From positions 186,001 through 250,000 of the forward strand of contig JBECUI020000025.1 of the NCBI GenBank assembly GCA_040954595.2: 64,000 nt of DNA, in the 5' to 3' direction. Shown in pieces: positions 20,013-31,454 of this stretch (position 1 is the first letter of the stretch; each line of letters opens with the position of its first letter). This DNA comes from Balanoglossus misakiensis (Eukaryota > Animalia > Hemichordata). The position numbers and the translations under genes are program-made. The notes below the pieces were generated by a model. The model was not told the DNA's origin. It searched no databases and worked only from the letters and a program-made list of their open reading frames with translations.

Positions 20013-20669
20013 ATGCTTTTTGCAATTATTGCCGCATTGCCGAATGAATTAAAATTCCTTCGTTCTTCGTTTACATGTGATCATACCGATACATGGGGCA
20101 AACGGCAACAAATGATGGGACATTGGCATGATATTCCCCTCCTGTTGGCAACAACGGGAATCGGAAGCATTAATGCCGCCCTTTGCTTAGAACACTATAT
20201 CAATCTATACCGTCCGGAGTTCGTAGTAGGCATTGGCATTGCCGGTTCACCAAGGTGGCAGGTGGGAAGAACAGTTATTGCCCATGCAGTTTGTGGTAAT
20301 CCGACCAGTATAAGGGCCTACAGCCCACTCTTGCCACCTGAATATCGCTCCTGCTCTCCCCTTTCCGCATGGCTTTCCAGAGACCTTGCACTAAAAAATT
20401 ATACATATGGGACTATATGGTCAGAGGATAGGGTCGTTGAAAGCTTGCCGGCAAATGGCATTGAAGCTGATGCATATGACATGGAAAGTCTCGCATTCGC
20501 CCAGGTAGCCCATCTCCATGGGCTGCCCTTTATTGCTATTCGTACAGTATCGGATATCATAGCAGGGCCGGGACGCACAAGAGAAGAGCCCGATCTTTCC
20601 CGACTATGGCATACATACGGCAAACAGACAGAAGAGGCATTAGGCCTGCTCTTCAGTTATTTCAGGTGA
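20013..20669 (+). CDS. MTA/SAH nucleosidase-like (PNP/UDP phosphorylase superfamily)
   Basis: AIIAAL..E, TGIG.INAA, GIAG, DMES.AFAQVA and IRTVSD; divergent member. Confidence 0.75.
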   Translation: MLFAIIAALPNELKFLRSSFTCDHTDTWGKRQQMMGHWHDIPLLLATTGIGSINAALCLEHYINLYRPEFVVGIGIAGSPRWQVGRTVIAHAVCGNPTSIRAYSPLLPPEYRSCSPLSAWLSRDLALKNYTYGTIWSEDRVVESLPANGIEADAYDMESLAFAQVAHLHGLPFIAIRTVSDIIAGPGRTREEPDLSRLWHTYGKQTEEALGLLFSYFR

Positions 20670-21356
20670 GTCAATGCGTGAGCGTATTTCCTTTCGTGCT
20701 CTACGGATAACAATAATGCTGACTATAACTGTAGCGCAGAATCCGAGTGCATAGAATATCCATTCCAGCATGCTCCGTTCCCTTCCCGGCTGACCAATTA
20801 ATGCCAACTCACCAGCAAAAGACCCTATGTATACGTAGAGTGCGGTTCCCGGCAACATGCATATCCAAGAAGCAAGTATATAAGCGATAGCCGATACCTT
20901 GGTAATACCAAAGAAGTAATTAGACAGGTTAAAAGGAACAATGGGACTCAGTCGAAGAAGTCCAACAATAATCCACCCATCCTTTCCGATAGCCCTGTCT
21001 ATGGCACTGAATGTAGGAGAATTTGATATCTTTTGTTCAACCCAGGAACGTGCTCCATAGCGACCAATGAAAAATGCAGCAGTAGCCCCCAAGGTTGCCG
21101 CAAAGGAAACATAGAGAAAGCCGAAGCCAAACCCGAAGATAAATCCGGCGGCTATAGTCAATAGCGATCCGGGCAGAAGCAGGACAGTCATTAACACATA
21201 AAGCAAAACAAAGAATACAACACCAAGCGTATCGAGCTCATTAATCCATTCCAAAAAACTGTAGATATAGGCGTTAAAAACTATGCTTAACCCGACAAGC
21301 ACCGCTATGAGAATGAGAACAAGAATAAATGTAATAATTTTTTTCTTCTTAGCCAT
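20640..21356 (-). CDS. TVP38/TMEM64 (DedA superfamily) membrane protein
   Basis: LPGSLLTIAAG, LGA.AAF.IGR, LLRLSPIVPFN..NY..G; overlaps the convergent gene by 30 bp. Confidence 0.88.
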   Translation of the reverse strand: MAKKKKIITFILVLILIAVLVGLSIVFNAYIYSFLEWINELDTLGVVFFVLLYVLMTVLLLPGSLLTIAAGFIFGFGFGFLYVSFAATLGATAAFFIGRYGARSWVEQKISNSPTFSAIDRAIGKDGWIIVGLLRLSPIVPFNLSNYFFGITKVSAIAYILASWICMLPGTALYVYIGSFAGELALIGQPGRERSMLEWIFYALGFCATVIVSIIVIRRARKEIRSRIDSPEITEEQA

Positions 21357-22254
21357 TGCTCCATAAATTCCTAGGATACTTCCCACTGCTGATAAGCCCC
21401 ATAAGACGTTCGGCAACCCGCGGTTTATCTTCTTTGTACGTTACCCCAAACCATTGATGCTCCGTGCCTAATACCTTTAAGGTAACATTCTTTGCCTTAA
21501 TGCGACGATTGAGCACAAGAGGCAGGTATAACTCATCGGTCAATGATTTAGCGTTTTCCTTGAGAAAATGCCTGAGATCTTCTTCAGCATCACTAAAAAA
21601 TTGTGGTGTAAAACCAAATATATTCATTGAAACAAGTTGTCCTGCTAAAAATCGTTTTTCTACCTTCCCGTCTTCGGCAATGTTAACAAAGTTTCCATCA
21701 TTTTCTTCCATAATTCGTTTATATTCTACAATGGATTCAATATTTCCCTCTTCATTAACCGAGCAGAGCCCGCGAGACACCGAACCAAAACGAGATACGG
21801 TTACTTCAATCGGATATGCCACCATGGCATAGTCGGTACTATCGAGCTTAACCGACGATAAATAGTTGTACAAAGTCCGAAATGCATTTTGTCCGTAGTA
21901 GTCATCGCTGTTTACTACTACGAAGGGATTATTAATAGCTGAACGGGCTGCGTATACCGCATGGACTGTGCCCCATGGCTTACTTCTGTCGGGAGGCGGA
22001 GACCCACCCGGAATGTCATCAAGCTCCTGAAAAACATAAGAAATTTTTTGTTTTACCCGCTTATCAAAGAAGGAGGATACCTCTTCGGCATTTTCTTTGC
22101 GTACCACGACCACAATGTCCTCAAAACCCGCGCTAATTGCATCGTACATTGTATACTCAGGTAATGCATGCTCTCCCACAATCGGGTCAATCTGCTTTAA
22201 TCCCCCGTAGCGACTTCCCATACCACCTGCTAAAACCAGTAATGAACACTTCAT
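21349..22254 (-). CDS. sugar-phosphate nucleotidyltransferase family protein
   Basis: LAGGMGSRYGGLKQ, KPWGT.HA, NSDDYYG, WFGVTYKED. Confidence 0.88.
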   Translation of the reverse strand: MKCSLLVLAGGMGSRYGGLKQIDPIVGEHALPEYTMYDAISAGFEDIVVVVRKENAEEVSSFFDKRVKQKISYVFQELDDIPGGSPPPDRSKPWGTVHAVYAARSAINNPFVVVNSDDYYGQNAFRTLYNYLSSVKLDSTDYAMVAYPIEVTVSRFGSVSRGLCSVNEEGNIESIVEYKRIMEENDGNFVNIAEDGKVEKRFLAGQLVSMNIFGFTPQFFSDAEEDLRHFLKENAKSLTDELYLPLVLNRRIKAKNVTLKVLGTEHQWFGVTYKEDKPRVAERLMGLISSGKYPRNLWSNG

Positions 22255-22353
22255 ATAAATTTTCCTGCTTGATTTACAATATGCATATAGTATATAATAC
22301 GTATACTATAACAAGGTAATTATATAGGATAGGATAGGTAAAGACAATACGAT

Positions 22354-23785
22354 ATGCCGAATTTTCCAATAGTTCATTTTTACGATCAGGATTTTGTTGA
22401 TATATACAAACGCAGTTGGATATGGATACAAAGTTGCTGGAAATATGGTACAAAAACCAACAAGTTTCCATCAAAGTACTTTATACATCCAAAGCAAGAT
22501 AGAGTTAATCAATTTGATTCTATTCTCTCCACTTTTTTTCTTGTCTACAGCAATAATGTATTCTCGGCTTCTTCGCAGCTTGATTTGTTTTATAATAAAC
22601 AGGAAGCATCGGGTGCTATTCGCTCCGACTATCTAATTAAAGACGGAAGTTTTATTGCAGAACAGGACAATCCTGATGGTCTAAATCCCCCTCTCTTTGC
22701 CTGGGCAGAATATAATCTCTACCATAAGATTGGAAACAAAAAAAGAATCCTTGAAGTTCTCCCAAAACTGGAAAAATACTACAAGTGGCTAGAAAAATCT
22801 TACCAAGACGAAACGGGGCTCTATTCTGTTCCGCTCGCTACAACAACAATGAGTAACAGCCCACGAGAAAAGGGACGCTACTTCGTGGACTTCAATGCTC
22901 AACAGGCAATCAATGCCTACTATATTGCAGAACTTGCCGACATTATTAATGAAAAAAAATATAATCTTTCGATACCGAAAACGTTATTTTGGCTTGAAGT
23001 CCTTAATAAATCAGAAAATGTGGAATGCCGCAGATGGTATATACTACGATCTCAATGCTTCCGGAAGACAGGTTAAGGTAAAGACTGTCGCTGCCTTTTG
23101 GACCTTGCTAACAGGTATTCCCGATGCCAGTAAGGCTGATGCCCTTATTGCACATATTAACAATCCAAAAACTTTTGCTAGTGATAACCCCATCCCAACA
23201 CTTGCCATGTCGGAATCTACATTTAGTGAGACTGGAAACAGATATCGTGGGTCAGTGTTTCCACCCTTTACATTTATGCTGCTGAAAGGCCTGGAGCATT
23301 ACCAGCACCATGCACTAGCTCGTGAATGTGCTATTAAACATCTCTACTGTCTTATTGATGCACTATCAGATGAAAAAGATAAGGACGCGGGCAATCAAAT
23401 TTATACGGTATGGGAGGCATATAAACCAAATCAAGGTGGACCGGCATCCTGGCAGGGAGATAATAATTTTCCTCGCAAACACTTTATGCCTTATGTGGGG
23501 CTGTCCACTATTACAATGATGATAGAAATAATTATCGGACTATCTATTAGCCTGCCAAAGAAAACAGTAAACTGGGTAGTGCCGGTTATGGAAGTTATGG
23601 GAATTGAGGGCCTCGCACTGAAACGAAATCTTATTACAATTCTTACCCGGAATGGACAGCGCGGCTGGGAAATTAAACACGAATCAAAAAAACTGTATTA
23701 CTTCACGATAGATGTTGCAGGGGAACGAAAACGTACAATGCCAATCCCCTCAGGACGGTGCAGTATGCTTATTGATAAAATATAA
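22354..23785 (+). CDS. MGH1/GH63-like (trehalase-family) glycoside hydrolase, split by one frameshift
   Basis: ORFs 22354-23076 and 22895-23785 join if the A8 run at 22952-22959 is read as A7 (INEKNIIFRY). PPLFAWAE, MWN..DGIYYD and YRGSVFPP resemble (alpha/alpha)6 hydrolases. Confidence 0.7.
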
Positions 23786-23793
23786 GAAGGGAA

Positions 23794-24792
23794 TTATCCC
23801 TCTTCCAGTTTATCCGGAACATCTGCCAGAATAATATTAATCTGCCTCATGACATCATCATCCAGTTTTGGTAGAACATCCAGTGCAGTCATATTGCTTT
23901 GAAGCTGTGCAATCGACGATGCTCCGGTAATGACTGTGCTGACGTTCGGATTTTTGGCACACCAAGCGATCGCAAGTTGCGGCATGCGCATTCCGTGGTT
24001 TCCCGCTATTTTTTCAATCTTTTTTATCGCAGCAATGGTAACGTCAATGTGTTTGCCCAACAGTATCTTGTGCAACCACTCATAGCCGGGTAATGCAAGT
24101 CGACTGCCCTCGGGAATGCCATCATTGTACTTTCCTGTTAATAAGCCCGAAGCTAGTGGTGACCAAATTGTAGTGCCCAGACCAACAGTCTCATAGAGAG
24201 GGAGATATTCTTCCTCAACCCGCTTACGGTAAAGCATATTGTACTGCGGTTGTTCCATAGTCGGTGCAACGAGACCGTTCGCTTCTGCAACCCTATGCGC
24301 TTCCCGTATGAGATTGCTCGGCCATTCGGATGTTCCCCAGTAGAGGACCTTACCCTGTCGAATAAGGTTTGTCATTGTCTCAACGATCTCTCCTATTGGA
24401 GTGTCGGGGTCCGGACGATGACAAAAATACAAATCGAGATAATCAAGTTGTAGGCGATTAAGTGCCTGATGACATGCCTCAACAAGATGCTTGCGATGCA
24501 GTCCTATCTGGGTGGGGAGATGATCGTTCGTACAGCCAAAAAATGCCTTACTGGAAATAATGTAGGAATCGCGCCGCCAACCCAGTTTCTTTAGAATTTT
24601 TCCCATAAGAATCTCAGCATTGCCGTTCGCGTAGGCTTCTGCATTATCAAAGAAATTCACACCAGCATCATAGGCAATGCTCATACAACGCGAAGCTAAC
24701 TTTATTTGCATCTGCGTCGAAAACGTAACCCATGCCCCATAAGACAATACACTTACTTGTAAGCCGGATTTTCCCAGCCTTCGATATATCAT
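23794..24792 (-). CDS. aldo/keto reductase (Kv-beta-like)
   Basis: [47 protein letters not shown]. Confidence 0.92.
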   Translation of the reverse strand: MIYRRLGKSGLQVSVLSYGAWVTFSTQMQIKLASRCMSIAYDAGVNFFDNAEAYANGNAEILMGKILKKLGWRRDSYIISSKAFFGCTNDHLPTQIGLHRKHLVEACHQALNRLQLDYLDLYFCHRPDPDTPIGEIVETMTNLIRQGKVLYWGTSEWPSNLIREAHRVAEANGLVAPTMEQPQYNMLYRKRVEEEYLPLYETVGLGTTIWSPLASGLLTGKYNDGIPEGSRLALPGYEWLHKILLGKHIDVTIAAIKKIEKIAGNHGMRMPQLAIAWCAKNPNVSTVITGASSIAQLQSNMTALDVLPKLDDDVMRQINIILADVPDKLEEG

Positions 24793-24802
24793 ATTTCCTC
24801 CG

Positions 24803-25907
24803 TTATTTATGAATCCTGCGCGGTGCAGAACCAACATAATGAGCCAGTGGACGGAATATCCGATTATTACTACGTTGTTCTACTATATGTGCCAGCCATC
24901 CTATCGCCCGTGCTACAACAAAAATGGGAGTGAAAAACTGTGGCGAAATGCCCATTAAGGAATAAAGCGAACCGCTATAGAAATCAAGGTTTGGGTATAT
25001 TGGTTTCCCACCCAAGCGTTCTCTTACCTGCGTCTCCAATGCTTGCAACAATGAAAGGTAGTGATTATCATTTTTTATTTTTGATAAGATAACATTAAAT
25101 TCCTCTATAATTTTTGCACGAGGATCCTTGACTTTATACACACGATGCCCAAAACCAATAATTTTTTTATGAGCAGCCAAATGCCTCATTAAGCCAACTA
25201 GAAACATTATCAACAGTTTTAATTTCTTCAAGCATCTGCATAACGCGCTCATTTGCCCCTCCATGCAGTTGACCGGAGAGAGCAGAGATAGCGGCAATAA
25301 TACTATTGGAATAGGGACAGAGTGTTGAGGCCGCTACACGTGCGGTAAAGGTCGAGGCATTAAAGCTATGCTCGGCATGGAGGATAAAAGATTTATCCAT
25401 AATATCCCCTATCTCTTTCAAAGGAACCTCACCACGCATCATGTAAAGAAAATTGGCACCATGTGATAAGTCCTCTGACGGTTCTACATAGGATCCCCCA
25501 TTGCGCATACGATAGAGGGTAGCAAGAACGCTTGATAACTTGCATACAAGAGGCAGCACATTTATTTCATCATTCTGATCCTGAGGGGCCATGTATAGAA
25601 TAGCCACTTGTAATGCTTCCATAGGATTCATCCAATCGGGGATATTCACTAAGACCTGCAAATCTTTTTTATTGAGAACCCGGGCGGGCCTCATTGTTTT
25701 CATAAAATTTTTTAACTGATTTTCATTAGGAAGGTTACCATGAAGAAGGAGATAACAAACTTCTTCAAACGTACAATGTTCTATAAGATCCTCAACGGGA
25801 TACCCCCGATAATATAATTTACCCTTCTCACCATCAATAAAACATATTGAACTGTCAGATACCTCAACTCCTTCGAGTCCTCGGTTTACAAGTCCCTCTG
25901 CATCCAT
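24803..25907 (-). CDS. gltA: citrate synthase / 2-methylcitrate synthase, split by one frameshift
   Basis: [22 protein letters not shown] and LHGGAN in fragment 1; [12 protein letters not shown] and PNLDFYSG in fragment 2. Removing one base at 25179-25181 restores a single ORF. Extended -10 TGTTATACT at 25948-25940. Confidence 0.88.
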
Positions 25908-25973
25908 TCTATTCTCCTTACTTTTCTGTGCATACAATTAGTATAACATATTATTACCTACCAGTTCTAGGAC

Positions 25974-27365
25974 CTATATGCCGTGTATTTTATGACCCAT
26001 AATACCTAATGCAGACTCTTTTACAGTCTCGGCTAAGGTTGGATGCGAATGTACCATCCTTGCAATATCTTCGCTACATCCATGAAATTCCATAACTGAT
26101 ACTGCTTCACTTATCAAAGAAGATGCCTGCGGACCAATAATATGAACACCCAATACTTTATCGGTGTCTTTTGCTGCTAGAATTTTAACAAACCCTAGTG
26201 GTGCCCCAATCGTTAAGGCTCTACTATTTATGTTAAACTTCGATATGCTGCTGACGTACTGTACATCTTCCTTTTTTAGGTCTTCTTCAGTTTTGCCAAC
26301 CGACGCTACTTCGGGATAGGTATATATTATATTTGCTATGACGTTATAATTGATTGATGGCTTCATGTCTGCCAATCGCTCAATGGCTACAACTGCCTCT
26401 TCCTGTGCCTTATGTGCCAGCATTGGTCCATGGACAATGTCTCCTACTGCTAAAATTGTCCCTGCAGAGCTACGGTAGTTCTCATCTATCTGAATACGAC
26501 CGCGGTCGGTAGCAATCTTGAGTGCTTCAAGGTTTAAGCCCTCAGTATACGGCTTGCGGCCAATAGCAACAAGAACCTTATCACAGGGGGGAAGTGTCTG
26601 TTTATCCTCGGTCTGTAAAAAAACCTTGCCATTGCTGATTTTCCTTGATGCAACCTTAGCACCTGTAATAATTTTTATTCCCTGCTTTTTTAATTCTTTT
26701 CGTAGTTCCTTTGCAAGCTGTACATCCCAACCGGGCATTATTTCCGGCATAGCTTCAATAATGGTAACCTGAGACCCAAGCCGTGCCCAAACACTGCCCA
26801 TTTCCAATCCAATCGCCCCACCGCCGACAACCATTAATGTCTCTGGGACATCTTGCAGATCAAGAATTTCAGTTGAGCTTAAGATATGTTCTTTATCAAA
26901 GGGAAGAGCGGGGACTTCTACCGGAACACTGCCGGTTGCAAGAAGAATGTTTGTGCCGGCAAGTTTTTCACTTTTTTCTTCGTTTTCAACAACAACTGTA
27001 CGAATATTTTCAAATCGGGCAGTGCCGTGATAGACATCAATCTTATTATGCTTCATTAGAGCAGCAACTCCCCTATCCAACTTCGTAACAATGGATGACT
27101 TATGTTTCTGCATCGCTTCTACATCAACTGTAAGATCCTTAAACCGAAGGCCAAATGTATTACCGCGCTCATGCATATCCATATACAACTCGCTTGAATG
27201 GAGAAGTATTTTGGACGGTATACATCCGACATTCATACAGGTTCCACCAAAGGTCTGCCGCTTATCGATTATCGCTGTCTTCATACCCAGCTGACTTGCT
27301 CGGATTGCACCGACATAACCTCCGGGTCCTGCACCAATAACAATTAAATCATATTCTTTCGACAC
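25974..27365 (-). CDS. lpdA: dihydrolipoyl dehydrogenase (E3)
   Basis: GAGPGGY, GGTCMNVGCIPSK, MLAHKA, HSHPTLAE. Confidence 0.96.
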   Translation of the reverse strand: MSKEYDLIVIGAGPGGYVGAIRASQLGMKTAIIDKRQTFGGTCMNVGCIPSKILLHSSELYMDMHERGNTFGLRFKDLTVDVEAMQKHKSSIVTKLDRGVAALMKHNKIDVYHGTARFENIRTVVVENEEKSEKLAGTNILLATGSVPVEVPALPFDKEHILSSTEILDLQDVPETLMVVGGGAIGLEMGSVWARLGSQVTIIEAMPEIMPGWDVQLAKELRKELKKQGIKIITGAKVASRKISNGKVFLQTEDKQTLPPCDKVLVAIGRKPYTEGLNLEALKIATDRGRIQIDENYRSSAGTILAVGDIVHGPMLAHKAQEEAVVAIERLADMKPSINYNVIANIIYTYPEVASVGKTEEDLKKEDVQYVSSISKFNINSRALTIGAPLGFVKILAAKDTDKVLGVHIIGPQASSLISEAVSVMEFHGCSEDIARMVHSHPTLAETVKESALGIMGHKIHGI

Positions 27366-27381
27366 AATTTTTCTCCTATCT

Positions 27382-28605
27382 CTATAATGCTAGCAATAAT
27401 CGTTCCGGACTTTGTACTACATCACGCACTGATGCCAAAAAACCAATGGCCTCGCGACCATCAATAACCTGGTGATCATAACTTAATGCCAGATACATCA
27501 TCGGACGAATGGTTATTTCATCGTCTACTACAACTGCTCGTTTCTGTATGGTATGCATACCAAGGATTGCTGTCTGCGGAGGATTCGGGATTGGCGTAGA
27601 AAGCATAGAGCCAAAGACGCCACCGTTGGAAATAGTAAATGTTCCACCCATAAACTCATCGGGCATCAACCTCCGGTCGCGGGCACGTTTGCCTAAGTCC
27701 GCAATGCTTCTTTCAATATCTGCCAGACTCATACTATCGACATCCCGTAAAACAGGAACAACGAGTCCTACTTCGGTTGATATAGCGACCCCTATGTTGT
27801 AGAAATTGTTATAAACAATATCCGTACCATCAAGAAAAGCATTGACAGTCGGATAAAGGGATAATGCGTGCTGAACTGCCCGCACAAAGAAACCCATAAA
27901 TCCTAGTCGTACTGCATGTTTTTTTTCAAACTCATCCCTGTACCGAGTACGCAGTGCAATGACCTGACTCAGGTCTACCTCATTAAAGGTTGTCAAATGT
28001 GCCGCACTTTGTTTTGAATGGAGCAAGTTTGCTGCAATGCGCTTGCGAAGATTGCTCATAGGAACACGAGTTTGGCGCTCAGTCATCTTTGCAGGGGCTG
28101 CGGGTGCAGGGGGGGCTGCAGGTGCGGTTGCTGCTGGTTGAGATTTCACCGTAGGAGCTTGATGCTTAATGACATCATCCTTTGTAAGACGCCCACCTTT
28201 CCCGCTTCCGCGTATCTGCGTAATGTCTATTCCTTTTTCTTCAACTAATCGGCGAACCGAAGGCGACAATTCCTGAGAAGATACTGCGGGAGCTGATACA
28301 GTTGATACAGGTGCTTGTTTTGCATCTTCTTCTGTAGATGGGGATTTTTGATCCTCTTGCCCCGAAAGGGCTTTTGTTTCATCAATCTTCGCAACAACTT
28401 GCCCAATAGTTACCTCCGCACCCTCTTCTACAAGGGTGGTCAATATGCCGCTCAACGGAGCAGGAATAGGCATTGATGCTTTATCTGTTTCCAACTCAAA
28501 TAAATCATCTCCTTCAGCAACAAGGTCTCCGTTACCCTTCAACCAGCTTGAAAGAATACCACTACTTACTGACTCGCCCACTGACGGTATCATTACATCT
28601 GTCAT
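27382..28605 (-). CDS. sucB: 2-oxoglutarate dehydrogenase E2 (dihydrolipoyl succinyltransferase)
   Basis: Lipoyl motif ETDKA, E3-binding GSGKGGRLTKDD, LTTFNE, and LSYDH..IDG. Confidence 0.95.
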   Translation of the reverse strand: MTDVMIPSVGESVSSGILSSWLKGNGDLVAEGDDLFELETDKASMPIPAPLSGILTTLVEEGAEVTIGQVVAKIDETKALSGQEDQKSPSTEEDAKQAPVSTVSAPAVSSQELSPSVRRLVEEKGIDITQIRGSGKGGRLTKDDVIKHQAPTVKSQPAATAPAAPPAPAAPAKMTERQTRVPMSNLRKRIAANLLHSKQSAAHLTTFNEVDLSQVIALRTRYRDEFEKKHAVRLGFMGFFVRAVQHALSLYPTVNAFLDGTDIVYNNFYNIGVAISTEVGLVVPVLRDVDSMSLADIERSIADLGKRARDRRLMPDEFMGGTFTISNGGVFGSMLSTPIPNPPQTAILGMHTIQKRAVVVDDEITIRPMMYLALSYDHQVIDGREAIGFLASVRDVVQSPERLLLAL

Positions 28606-31424
28606 ACTGTCCTACTCTTTATGTTATTTTTTTTATGCTTCCCAGCGGAATGCTGAAAAGCTGCTTGCAAAAACGCTTCCAGTTCTACTTCATACTGCTG
28701 ATAAGAACCTGCAGCCGGCGAAGAGCTTCTCTTGCGTCCAACATACTGTACTGGTGTTCCGACTAGTTTTTGCAACCGCGGTGCAACGAATGTCCATGCA
28801 CCATGATTCTTCGCTTCTTCTTGTACCCAAAACCACCGGTCCGGCTTCAAAGATTGAATTTCCTGCCTAATTGCTGCTTCCGGCCATGGATAAAGCTGTT
28901 CAATGCGAATAATGCTCACTGATTTATCTCCTAGTTTATCACGTCGCTCGATCAAGTCGTAATAAACCTTACCGGAACAAAATATAACTACTTTCTCCTT
29001 GTTAATAGCATTGTCTTTGATAACAAGTTGAAACTCCCCCTTCTCCAGTTCGGCAAGGCTTGACCTTGCAGGGGAAAAACGCAAAAGTTTTTTTGGTGAC
29101 ATTACTATGAGCGGTTTGCGGAAGGGCTGCAAGAGCTGCCTCCGAAGAAGATGAAAATACTGAGCTGCAGTTGTCGGATGCACTACCTGCACGTTGTTCC
29201 CCGCACAGAGCTGTAAGAAACGTGCTAAATGCGCACTGGAATGTTCCGGTCCTTGCCCCTCGTAGCCATGTGGCAATAAGAGAACAAGCCCGCTCGATCG
29301 AAACCACTTTGTTTCACCCGCCATAACGAACTGATCAAGAATGACCTGAGCGCCGTTTACAAAATCGCCAAACTGAGCCTCCCAGATATTGAGACAGTCA
29401 GGTTGGGTCAGTGAATAGCCGTATTCAAAACCAAGAATGGAAAACTCGGATAGGGGGCTGTCATAGACTGAAAAGATACCCTGCTTGGTACCAAGATTAC
29501 GCAGAGGCGTGTGCATGCGTGGAGTGTCGGCTCGAATATCCCACCACTGTGCATGCCGTTGCGAAAACGTTCCCCGCCCACTATCTTCACCGCTTAACCG
29601 AATAGAATATCCATCGAGGAGAAGGGTTCCGAAACTTAAGGCCTCGGCAAAACTCCAATCTATGCCTTTCCCGCTCTGAAATGCTTTTCTTTTCTCGTCA
29701 ATTATCCGTGCCAGTTTTTGATGTACGAAGAAATCGTCCGGTACCGTAACAAGGGCATCTGCAACAATCTTCAGTTTTGCTTTCGGCACATTTGTTTTAG
29801 TCGGTTCAAATGAAAAAGATTTCTTGAAGTTCTTCCAGATACTTCGGTATGCCCGATCCGTGGGCATTTCAACTTCCTTCTTTGCCTGAGCTTTTTCTAA
29901 CTCCTGTTTAAGAATTTTTACGTAGTGTGCACGGAATTTGCTCTGCTCATCAAGTGAATAGACCCCACTCGTATGCAATTTCTCTCCATACTCCGTGCAT
30001 ACCCCTCGCATCTTATTAATAATGTTGTACATCCTTGGATGGGTAAATGAGGGTTCATCGGCTTCATTGTGTCCTCGTTTTCGATAACAGATAATGTCGA
30101 CTACCGCATCGTATCCGAATTTTTGTCTCCATGATAATGCAAGTCCTATTGCCCGGATAACATCTTCGGGTACATCTCCGTTCACATGGAAAATAGGTAC
30201 TTGTAGCATACGTGCAACCCCACTAGCGAAGAACGATGAACGGGAGTCCTGTGTTGCCGTTGTAAATCCTATTTGATTATTAATAATAATATGCACAGTT
30301 CCGCCTGTACGATAGCCTTTTAGCTGACTAATATTAAACGTTTCTGCAACAACTCCCTGCCCAGAGAATGCCGCATCGCCATGAATAAGAACAGGTAGGA
30401 CTTTTTTTCGGTTCCAATCCCCGTGCAATCGCTGCATTCCCCGAACCTTGCCCTGTACTACAGGGGAAACAGCCTCTAAATGACTGGGATTTGCACACAG
30501 AGAGACATGTAGTTTCTTTCCCTGTACCCTATCAACATAATCAATACTGTGGCCCAGATGGTATTTTACATCACTCATTCCACCTAACTCATAGAAATGT
30601 GAACCAATAAACTCCAGAAATGTTTCCGAAGCAGGTTTGCGTAGTGCATTTGTAAACGTGTTTAAGCGTCCACGATGAGTCATGCCAAGAATGACAGTCT
30701 TTATACCGTAACTCAATGAAGTATAGAGAAGATAATGAATAGCAGGAATAAAAACTTCTCCCCCTTCCAGGGAAAAACGTTTTTGACCAACAAAAGATTT
30801 TTGAACAAAACTCTCAAACTCTTCTGACTTAATAAGGTCTTTTTGAAAACGTATTTTTGCGTCGGATGACCATTCGCCGTAATAATGGGGAGACTCAATA
30901 TGTTTCAGCAACCAGTTACGCATCGATTGGTTTTTGATGTGCATAAACTCGTAGCCGATAGCCGAACAGTAGGTTTTGTTCAGGGTTGTAATTATTTTGG
31001 AGAGGGGCATAACAGCCGGCTCAAAGAAGGGGCCAATATTAAAGGGGGTTCCCATGTCCTTGTCTGTTAACCCATATTGTTCCTTTGCAAGGCTATCGCC
31101 AACCCCCTGTGCACTAATGCGCAGATAGCGCATCTCCGGTGTCTCATAATGTAAGAGCGGATTTATATTTGCATGCAAAACACCAAGGTCGCGGTAGGAC
31201 ATAAGCAATTTATCTACTCCGCGTTGTTTCTCGGCATTGCCGGTATGAGAATCTTCTTTCGCTACAGGAGATTCATGTTGCCCATTCTGTGCGTAAGCAA
31301 AAGAAGTATTACTCTCAAATAATTCCTTCCATGAATCCGGTACACTTGCTTCACCTTGCAGCCATTGTTCATATAGCTGCTCAATGTAACCTATGTTTGC
31401 AATATTGATGTCGTCGTGGTTCAT
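28602..31424 (-). CDS. sucA: 2-oxoglutarate dehydrogenase E1
   Basis: KRFSLEG, GM.HRGRLN, DVKYHLG, HGDAAFSGQG, LLPHGYEGQGPEHSS. Confidence 0.96.
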   Translation of the reverse strand: MNHDDINIANIGYIEQLYEQWLQGEASVPDSWKELFESNTSFAYAQNGQHESPVAKEDSHTGNAEKQRGVDKLLMSYRDLGVLHANINPLLHYETPEMRYLRISAQGVGDSLAKEQYGLTDKDMGTPFNIGPFFEPAVMPLSKIITTLNKTYCSAIGYEFMHIKNQSMRNWLLKHIESPHYYGEWSSDAKIRFQKDLIKSEEFESFVQKSFVGQKRFSLEGGEVFIPAIHYLLYTSLSYGIKTVILGMTHRGRLNTFTNALRKPASETFLEFIGSHFYELGGMSDVKYHLGHSIDYVDRVQGKKLHVSLCANPSHLEAVSPVVQGKVRGMQRLHGDWNRKKVLPVLIHGDAAFSGQGVVAETFNISQLKGYRTGGTVHIIINNQIGFTTATQDSRSSFFASGVARMLQVPIFHVNGDVPEDVIRAIGLALSWRQKFGYDAVVDIICYRKRGHNEADEPSFTHPRMYNIINKMRGVCTEYGEKLHTSGVYSLDEQSKFRAHYVKILKQELEKAQAKKEVEMPTDRAYRSIWKNFKKSFSFEPTKTNVPKAKLKIVADALVTVPDDFFVHQKLARIIDEKRKAFQSGKGIDWSFAEALSFGTLLLDGYSIRLSGEDSGRGTFSQRHAQWWDIRADTPRMHTPLRNLGTKQGIFSVYDSPLSEFSILGFEYGYSLTQPDCLNIWEAQFGDFVNGAQVILDQFVMAGETKWFRSSGLVLLLPHGYEGQGPEHSSAHLARFLQLCAGNNVQVVHPTTAAQYFHLLRRQLLQPFRKPLIVMSPKKLLRFSPARSSLAELEKGEFQLVIKDNAINKEKVVIFCSGKVYYDLIERRDKLGDKSVSIIRIEQLYPWPEAAIRQEIQSLKPDRWFWVQEEAKNHGAWTFVAPRLQKLVGTPVQYVGRKRSSSPAAGSYQQYEVELEAFLQAAFQHSAGKHKKNNIKSRTV

Positions 31425-31454
31425 GATCGTCTCCCATGTCTTACGGATGTCGGA

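Noticed and set aside
22952-22959. Programmed ribosomal frameshift in the GH63-like gene
   Set aside because: A homopolymer error is more parsimonious given the other indels, and no stimulatory structure was noticed.
28090-28140. GC-rich short repeats in sucB
   Set aside because: They encode the ordinary Ala/Pro linker of E2 subunits.
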